From Macrostomum lignano (lineage: Eukaryota): DNA of 64,000 nt. Under the pieces are notes generated by a model. It did no database searches, was not told the DNA's origin, and worked only from the letters and a program-made list of their open reading frames with translations. The stretch is from the NCBI GenBank assembly GCA_002269645.1, contig NIVC01000152.1:620001-684000 (forward strand), given 5' to 3'. Shown here one piece after another: positions 55,655 to 64,000 of this stretch. Made by a program: the position numbers and the translations under genes. Each line of letters begins with the position of its first letter. The stretch's first letter is position 1.

Positions 55655-58082
55655 ATGGCAGGCGCATATCCATGTGTAGTCTGTCTGCAGCCAGTTTGCG
55701 ATGGACAAGAAGCAATTGAGTGTTCTCAATGCTTGAATTGGCAGCACCGTGCATGTGATAGTCGCGTCACAATCGATCAGTATTCTGCAATGAGAAATGT
55801 TGGTGAGTTTTTCTGGCTTTGCAATCAATGCAATAGACGGGCTCCTGCAGGTAACTTAGCAGTGTCTCAAGCTGCAGATGCTGCAGTGGTACATGTACAA
55901 GCCCCGAATTCTGGACCAGCGTGTCACGATTATTGACGTAGCAGCTAGCTATGCGATGACCCTTAAAAGGGCCGTTTTAGTCCCAAAATAAGTTGAAGTC
56001 AATTCTTGTAAAGCGGATTTTTGTAGCGGAGCACTTGGCGATAGAGGCAGGGACTGCCGTAGTTGGTTTTATTGGTAGTATCAATATTCGGCTTGGTTAG
56101 AATTTATGTCAATAAACAAACTATAGCTTTCTGGGCACTGGCGGCTGCAACAATGGTTTCTTTGAAGATAAATTGGATAGTCAAGTGATAGACGAACGGT
56201 GCAATGGCGATGTAACGTGATGAGCAAAGGCAATGAGCACAGTGAAGGCAGTGAGACGCAGTAGGCAGGCAGAGGAGCAGTGGCGAGGTTGGCGTCAGCC
56301 GTGGCGTGAGGCAGTCAAGTAAGTGTGTGGGTAGGCCGGCCCAGACAGAGGGGCCGTGGCGAGAAATAAGGAGGCTCGAGGCAGCCAGACAAGAACGCAA
56401 AAAGGGACGGAAGAACAGATAAGAAAGAAAACAGAAAAACGTGAGGGGTGCCTGCCGCCAGGCGGGGGTTTAATAAAGGAGCGCAGAGGGGGGTAGCGCG
56501 AAGCACGAGTGGTTTTCATTGGCTGGCGAGAGAACTTAAAATTATCGATCGTGCCAATTTTATACGGTCGCGAGAGAGGATAGCAAAATATACAGTGAAT
56601 TAGAAATTGCCACAAAATCGTTGGGCACTACTACAAGTAAACGTCGCAATAAACAAATGGAAAAGTTTAGTTGAAACGGTGAAACTGAAGGGTTGAAACT
56701 ATAGAGAAACAGCAGTCCAACGGCCCTTTTCGGGACCACCTTAAACTGGCAACGTCACAAGCGGCTGTTCCTCTGCCTGCTGAAAATCCAGAACCAGTGC
56801 ATTTGATTCCGGCACAAGCAGAAAATTTTCTTTACCAGTATCCAGATTTCAATGACCCTGATCCAGCTCTGGAAGAATCCATTCAAATTCCTCCAGCAGA
56901 GCTTGCACCGCCCCGCAGCCCACCTCCCCAGCCCTTTGAGATTCTTACAGGTGCAGGATGCAGTCACGGAAAAGACCTTCTAGTGCAGTATGCCCAACGA
57001 GACCTTGGCCATCTGATGGATGAAAAAACGCGGCGAAATGGCAACACGTACTATCGCTGCACTAAGCGTTTATCACTGCACTGTCATGGCTCCGCAGTCC
57101 GCCGGGCTGATGGAACCATAGAAGCCCTTGCTCCGCACACGTGCGATCCAGTTGATCGGCCAGCTCAGAAGAGAAAGGCAGCAAAGGAGGTAAAGGAGGG
57201 AGCAAAGCGCATGTTGTTTACCTCTGCTAGAATTATCGCGGAGGAGAAGGTAAGAGAATTTTCACCTGAAGTGCAGGAGGTGCTTAGTATTGAGTCATTG
57301 AGTCGCAATGCTAATTACAGTCGCAAAAAAGATCGCCCTATGGAACCTGTTGACGTACATTTCCAAGTTGATCCTAGACATGTACCTGCCCAGTTTCATT
57401 TGCAGGATGTGACAGTTCCTGAGACAAACGGGCGACACTTCGTCTTCATGACGACAACTCAGCGAGAACTATTATCAACCCGACGAATCTTGAAGTGCGA
57501 CGGAACTTTTAGCATTGTCAAGGCACCTTTCAAACAGCTTTACAGTGTACACGGCGCGATTCGCTTTGATGGGCAGGAAAGGTTGGTACCACTTGCCTTC
57601 TTTTTGATGTCCGGTAAGGCTCAAGCTGATTATCAAGCCTGCTTTCGTTGCCTTTGGGAGTCAACAGGTAATGCGCCAATCAAGTTCACCTGTGACTTTG
57701 AAGCTGCTGCTTGGCCGTCTGGGACCGTGATGCTATCTGCGTCTTCGAGCAGTACAAGAGGACCAACAACGACGTAGAAGCCTGGCATGGTCAACTCAAC
57801 AAGCGTGGACAGAAACCGCTGAACTTCTACCTTCTGCTGGACCTGCTAGAGCGTGATGCTGAACGGGTGCGACGGCTACAGCAGCAAGTTCACGGGGGCC
57901 AGGCTGTTACTCATCACCAGCAGGTGCATGCCAGGTACGCACGAGTGAATGCTGCCTTCGAGACGCATTGCAGACATCTTAGAGAAAGTACACTTTCAAT
58001 TGCGGCTTTTCTAAGGGCCTGCAGCCATCTGCACACTCAGCCTGTCTGGCAGGTACAGCAGCCTGCAGACGAGGAGGCTTAA
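55655..58082 (+). pseudogene. Disrupted PHD-FLYWCH-MULE transposase (PHD 55655-55850; core 56798-57777; C-terminal part in a different frame to 58082)
   Basis: C4HC3 PHD: CVVC..CSQC..HRAC..WLCNQC. FLYWCH-like: YYRCTK...CHG...PHTC. MULE core: LKCDGTF...FKQLYSVH...PLAFFLM...TCDFEAAA. After a frameshift comes RTNNDVEAWH. The insertion domain with the CxFH motif is absent. Confidence 0.85.
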
Positions 58083-58117
58083 AAACTCATCAACTACCCA
58101 AGCCGCCCGCCCAAATC

Positions 58118-58310
58118 TATTGCCATTTCAGATCATAACGAGTTAAAAAAGCCAAAAAAATCCGCACTTACTTATTTGTACTGCACCCATTGCTATAATT
58201 TGCTTGAACTTTGTCATCTATCCATGCCACCCGTACCTTATTGCCATTTCAGATCATAACGAGTTAAAAAAGCCAAAAAATCCGCACTTACTTAGTTGCT
58301 GCACCCAATA
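58118..58310. repeat. Direct duplication (~70 bp x2) in the MULE 3' region
   Basis: TATTGCCATTTCAGATCATAACGAGTTAAAAAAGCCAAAAAA(A)TCCGCACTTACTTA occurs twice, about 120 bp apart. Confidence 0.9.
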
Positions 58311-59339
58311 TAGCCCTGGAGCATATTTAAGAATCACCGTGCACATTTCTTGCCAGATATTACACTTTGTTTTACGCTCAAATTTGGGATGGGGGGTTCA
58401 TTGCGTCGCACTTACAGAGCAAACAGCCTTTACTTGGGCTAGTCACTGCATGTATGTGTGACTCAGTGCACTTCTGCCTCCGTAATTCATCATCATCCAT
58501 CATCCCATCATTATGCATGATATTATATGAGCTACGTATACGAGCTATTAAAATGCAGATATGAGATACCTTTTGCACCCACATTCGCAGAACAGCTAGG
58601 CCTGATGAAAGATTTCATAGAAAAACAATTTATTCATTGCTACAAACTGTTGTCAATCCGTTGGTATCTAGAAATAATATGAAATATCGTGAATGGGTGG
58701 CAACTGATGCAGTGTTTTTATTTTTGATTTCCACTTCTATTGAGTTCACATACGAGCCGTATTATTTTGTTTAAGTTGAATACAAAAGGTAGGCGGGGTT
58801 GCTTTCAATTCAAGCTTGAATGAGCAAAGACTTAATTTATGGTCACGGATCGTTACACTCAAGCCAACCCTAGAGCAACTTTTTTCAATTGTGGCCTGTA
58901 CTGATACGATACGATTGGAAGTCATAAATAGTCTAAATAGCTCGTAACTGACTGGCTTGCGTGGAGATAAAAATCTATCTATATAAAACAGCTCACCTCA
59001 AATCAGCCATATCGTTATTTTTCGTTGCAATCTTTTTTTCATTTTTAACATTTCTAGCCAACTGCTATGGTTGGTAACCATGATAACAATTTGGCTCGTA
59101 AATAAATAACTCAATACAGTGAATTTGCATGCAGCACTTAGCATGAAGCCTCGGATTTATTTATGTAAATATCATTTGTACTCTTTATGCGCTGCGGCAA
59201 ATTTGCACAGATATGAGATGCATGTATTTTTTAGCAAGTACTGATACCCAAGAGACGCAAGGCTTCAATCAAAGTCTGAAAATTCTGAAATCTCGTCAAA
59301 ATAAGCCGAACCTCTAAATACATGTACAGACACAAGTCT

Positions 59340-60480
59340 GATACAAACAGAAGAGAGAAGAGATCAGATAGGAGAGATGAAAGAGGAGAAAGCAGAGACG
59401 AGAAATAAGACAGTAGAGCTAGAACAGAGGAGAGAGGAGAGGGAAGAGATTTGAGAGAGAGTTGAGAGAAGAGTTGGGAAAAAAGAGGAGAGATGTTAAA
59501 GGAGAGTACAGATGAGAGATGAGAGTGAGGAGATAAGACAGGAAATAAATAATAGGAGAGAGGGTCGAGATGATAGAGGAGAGAGAATTGAGAATTTCGC
59601 ACTGACCTACGAGGTGCGAACAAACACGAGAAATCAAACTGAAATGTGCTAATTTTAACAGTCCCATACTTCCATTGTTCCTACAAAATTTTAAACAGCG
59701 GGGCAGGACCTCCTGCGGGGCAGACCCATAGAAATTTTTCCGGTTTCCAAGATAATATTGACTTATAGGGAATAAACACATACCGTACGAGCTCAAATTT
59801 GAGCTCAAAGTTCGAGCTCAAATCCTAGATATTTAAACATCGCCACATGAGCACGGAGTCACAACATAGTTTGAATATGATGGAAAGCGCACGTAAATAA
59901 GCGAAAAGCGGTATCCAACGGGGCAACACGAGCAATCTTTCAATACGCTAATTGGGAGGGGATTAAGCAATCACGAGCTGACTACCATTCTGCCACTCAG
60001 CGGGGGTCGAACGGGAGACTAACTCCTAATAAATAAATTTTCTCAGTCCTATAATCTTTAATGACATGACACGGCCTTCACACATGGGGCTCCAAGGCCT
60101 CCATGCTCCTTCCAGTGATTTTTTTAGAATAGTCTTTGGCTCTTAGCAAAGACAGCGTACTGCCCCCATTCACCAGAAGGTGGGTGGGCACATTCTTGAT
60201 TGGATACTCTACAACAATATCTCTCCCGCGTTGCCTCCCGCGTTATCTCTCCCGCGTTGCCTTCTAGCTGGCCTCAGCTGGTACAAGTCGGGCACTTTTT
60301 CAAACATAGGCTTCTTTCCTATGTTTGCTATCTATCTTTTCTATCTTTCCTTCTTTCCTAAGGGGAGAGAGTGGAGACCAGAGATAAATGAGAAGAGAGA
60401 GCAAAGATGAAAGAGAAGAAAGGTGAGGGAAGATCGATGAGAGAAGATGGGATAGAGGAGATAGGAAATAAGAGAATAGA

Positions 60481-60513
<33 letters not shown>

Positions 60514-61480
60514 GAAACAAAAGAGAAGATAGAGTTTCAAAGGATCCGAGGGACATAGAGAGAGACAGGAGGCCAGAGATTTTGCCGATACATGTTTTCG
60601 AAAGACAAGTTTTTGTTTGAGTATGACTTCAGATTTTAGAACTAGATATAAGCTGAGCTGAGAGAGAAGATGAAAGTAGAGGCTGAGAGTAGAGAGAGGC
60701 TGAGAGCAGAGAGGGGCTGAGAGCAGAGAGGGGCTGAGAGCAGAGAGGGGCTGAGAGTAGAGAGGGGCTGGGGATAGAGGTTGAGAGTGGATAGAGGCTG
60801 AGAGTAGAGAGAGGCTGACAGTGGAGAGGCTGAGAATAGAGAGGTTGAGAGTAGATAGAGGCTGAGAGTAGAGAGGTTCAGAGTAGAGAGGCTAGTTCAC
60901 ATTGTTCATCAGTAGGTGCTTTTAGTGCAGGGGTTGGCAAACTTTTTACCTCGATTGAGAACCCAGCTCATGACTGCCCTTCTAGTCCGCTTCGTTGGCC
61001 CCCAAAGCGAAGCGAGGAGTCCTGATGACAGAGCGGGCCAGAGGTGAGGAGAGAGGGTAAGGAATAGAGAAGAGAAATACAAGCATAGGATAAAGGAGGG
61101 GCGAAGGAATAAAGGAGAAGAGAGTTGATGAGAGGAGAGATTATATACGAGCGGAGAGAGAGGAGAAGGGAGATTAATGGAGAGGAGAAAGGAGGGAAGG
61201 GAGAAGAGAATGAAGAGGAAAAGGGAGATGATAGCAAAGAGGTGAGAAGAGAGGAGAGGATAGACATGAGGAGAAAGGAGAGGAGAGAGGTGAGGGCAGA
61301 GATGAGAGAGGAGAGGGCAGAGATGAGAGAGAGAAAAGATGAGAGGAGAGGGCAGACATGAGAGAGAATAGATAAGAGAGGAGAGGGCAAGAGATGAGAG
61401 AGGAGAGGGCAGAGATGAGAGAGAAAAGAAAAGAGACGAGAGTGCAGAGATGAGAGAAAAGATGAGAGACAAGAGGCACT
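59340..61480. repeat. GA-rich low-complexity tracts (59340-59590, 60360-60570, 61030-61480) and a 17-bp repeat (GGCTGAGAG(T/C)AGAGAGG, 60655-60893) inside the MULE
   Basis: Polypurine composition; part is homologous to 37545-37775. Confidence 0.85.
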
Positions 61481-63712
61481 CCAATTTTTGCTTACTTCTA
61501 TCATAAATAATACCTTTACCCTCTACCTTTAACTTTTAACATATACAAACAACACGTCAGTTTTAGTATATTGAGATACGTTTGAAACTATTATCCATGA
61601 TAGAAAAATCAAATGTCTTGTGCTAGTAGTGCTGCTAGCTTTAGTAGGTAGTAATACCTGCTGTAAAGGGAAGTGTTTTTTGTTTTACTTGGTCTAATTT
61701 CACTAATGAAATCTGTCTTCTCCGAGACTTGAAGCTACGTCATACGTCATACCCCACCCCAATCATAGCCAATAGGAAATGAGGAAATATATAGACCTAT
61801 TCCTATCCAAGCAGCCATTCAGAGCTGTGGCTATCTTGGTGTGTGGCCATCTTGGTCATGCGCCTTCAAAATTTTCTGGATCTGCACTGCACCTGAATCC
61901 ATCAAAGTAACAAGTTTTATAAGTTTCAGTAAAAGCAAAGCAGTATGTTTTTATTTCTCACAATAACTTCCAGTAGGCCTTTTTTCTAACAGATAAATCC
62001 TGATCTGAGGTCCTGAACCACTTGGCTATAAAAGCCATAAAATGAAAATTTACATACTACCTACTATAATTATAAACACTGCACACATTATTAATTACAA
62101 TAACCAAGATTTTCTATGTAAAATATTAGATGGACTAAATGCAGACAAAAGCAAAAATTAAAAGTCAAGTGCATACGGGTTGTTCAGAAAGAAAGGTAAC
62201 GATATTGTTTTGTTACTTAAAAAGTTATCAAAGTACAAGGTATACAAAATGTACTGCATTTCTTAGATTTATGTAGCAGTTTAAATTCCCTCCAATAAAA
62301 TGAAGCTTCGCGGGTGAAGCCGGGAAGTGCGCGCGCGTCGCGCGTTTTTGGCTTTACGTCGTGAACACGGGTAGCGGGTTCCGAATAATGGGAAAATTCC
62401 GGAAAAATTGTCAACGTCATGAGGTATAAGCTCAATTTAGAGTCAAGGACAACTAGTTGTCCATGTTTAGAGATGCAGAGGAAAACACTCCCGAATTACT
62501 TTCTTAGCAAACCAGAAAGTTGAATTACACTGCAGGATGGGTCTAAATAGACAAATTTGGTTTGTTTGTGGACCGCTGCTGCTGCTGGCCTTGGGCCGCA
62601 CCACCCCCCCCCTCAAAATCATATCCATCAGCGACGGACTCAGGGAGCAGGGTTTGGGCGATTGACCGACCAACAATTTTGTTGGGGTGGGGGGGTGCCT
62701 TTCCCAATTACATGTTTTCGCAGTATGCTGTCAAGGACTACCTAGACTGCATATAACGAAGTGTAGTGGTCCTTGTATGCTGTATGCTGCTGCACGCGGA
62801 ATATATTAAATACTCAAATATATGCCTAAATGACTAAATAATGTTACAATTATAAAAAGGCTTCCTCTATCCAAAATATATCAGAATTTGCATGCCCTTG
62901 TGTTGCCCCCCCGCCAAATACATGTACAAACTGCAGTGTTTCTCTTCTTCCGCCGTGCCTAATCATGTCAAAAGTTTTTGGGAACCTTTTCTTCACACGT
63001 CTGTTAAACAGTAATAAAGTGTTTTGATCTTCTGTGATTCAGATTGCCCCCTCCCCAAGAAAATAAACCCTAGCTGCGTCTCTGGCTGGCCACTGCGGCA
63101 GCCGTCAAAAGCTCTGATTGCTCAGATTCATTAATCGATGCATTTACATGTATGCCACAAATTACATATATACAAAGTAAGTCAAAGTTCACGATGCAAG
63201 AAAAATTTTTTCATCAGAAAATCATCATACGCACCTCATGTTTTACTACAAGTATAGTGAATTCTTGGATAGCAGCCTTTTTATCACATATACATGTACT
63301 TAGAGGATGATGTTACGAAACATCAAAAACAACCTTTAAAAAAATTAATTTCAAGTAACTGCCAATACGATTAGCCGATTGCAGCTTGGAACTAGACTAC
63401 AGCTGTAAAAGTGGTGCAACAAGAAGAAACTCTGTCAGGTTCCAGATAGAGTTTTCTCGTTGTTGGTGACTGATTGCTCGTCGCCGACCTAGTGAAAGAC
63501 GTGCGTGTACCGCGTCAACCTGCTGATCGGGCGATGAGGTCTCCACACTACCCGCCTGGAACGGGTCTATTGAGAATTTCCCGCAGGAAAGTTTTCCCGC
63601 CGAGGTTTGCCTGCACAAGCTTTTCCCGCAGCGAGGTTTCCCCACAGCGAGGTTTTCCCGCGAGAGTTTTTTCAGTTCGGAATTTCAAGTCAATTCCAAT
63701 CGTATTATTAAA

Positions 63713-64000
63713 ATCTAGTCTAGCCTAGTTTTTAATCTAGTCTAGCCTAGTTTTTAATCTAGTCTAGTCTAGTTTTTAATCTAGTCTAGTCTAGTTTTTA
63801 ATCTAGTCTAGTCTAGTTTTTAATCTAGTCTAGTCTAGTTTTTAATCTAGTCTAGTCTAGTTTTTAATCTAGTCTAGTCTAGTTATTAATCTAGTCTAGT
63901 CTAGTTTTTAATCTAGTCTAGTCTAGTTTTTAATCTAGTCTAGTCTAGTTTTTAATCTAGTCTAGTTAATGTCTAGTCTAGTCTAGCCTAGTCTAGTCTA
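63713..64000. repeat. 22-bp minisatellite (CTAGTCTAGTCTAGTTTTTAAT), runs off the window end
   Basis: Tandem copies built from CTAGT pentamers. Confidence 0.96.

Larger units (their letters stand above)
55247..61864 (+). mobile_element. Mutator-like (MULE, Phantom-type) DNA transposon, 6.6 kb, with long imperfect TIRs and 8-bp TSD
   Basis: GG..GACCAAGATGGCCACACACCAAGAT at 55247 is inverted at the end finishing at 61864. Further similarity (CTATTGG...GGGTGGGG) extends the TIR to roughly 150 bp. An exact TTCAAAAT lies at 55239-55246 and 61865-61872, and a transposase is inside. Confidence 0.85.

Noticed and set aside
60990-61050. Hammerhead ribozyme around CTGATGA
   Set aside because: No stem II followed by GAAA and no matching stems I/III. 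Other CTGATGA sites checked also lack the core.
63397-63728. Short ORFs near the window end
   Set aside because: No recognisable domain; partly built from TTTTCCCGC-type TE subterminal repeats next to a satellite.

Overview
This is animal (eukaryotic) genomic DNA, not prokaryotic. Evidence: GT-AG introns, GC-rich exons in AT-rich spacers, an interstitial (TTAGGG)5 tract, and a different minisatellite in most introns. The pattern suggests a flatworm such as Macrostomum, but that is inference only. Five conserved genes can be assembled by hand: a Prrx-like paired-class homeobox gene (+, 5' end unresolved), TBC1D13 (-, 5 exons), TSNAX/TRAX (-, 3 exons), DHX15/Prp43 (+, 7 exons, start unresolved) and an intronless GGCT (-). 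There is also a candidate two-exon secreted prepropeptide. The rest is tandem arrays and transposons, many with definable TIRs and TSDs. The main highlights are three. (1) A 12.5-kb TIR/TTA-bounded PIF/Harbinger-like element (21484-34021) with no visible transposase. It carries three large satellites and two decayed, collinear, splice-site-bounded exons of a KDM3/JMJD1 JmjC demethylase that the ORF track misses. (2) A 6.6-kb Mutator-like element (55247-61864, TSD TTCAAAAT) encoding PHD + FLYWCH + MULE domains, with an internal deletion. (3) Two tRNA-derived SINE families, one with a MIR-like CORE domain. Most long ORFs in the track are artefacts of tandem repeats. No CRISPR, rRNA or convincing functional tRNA gene was found.
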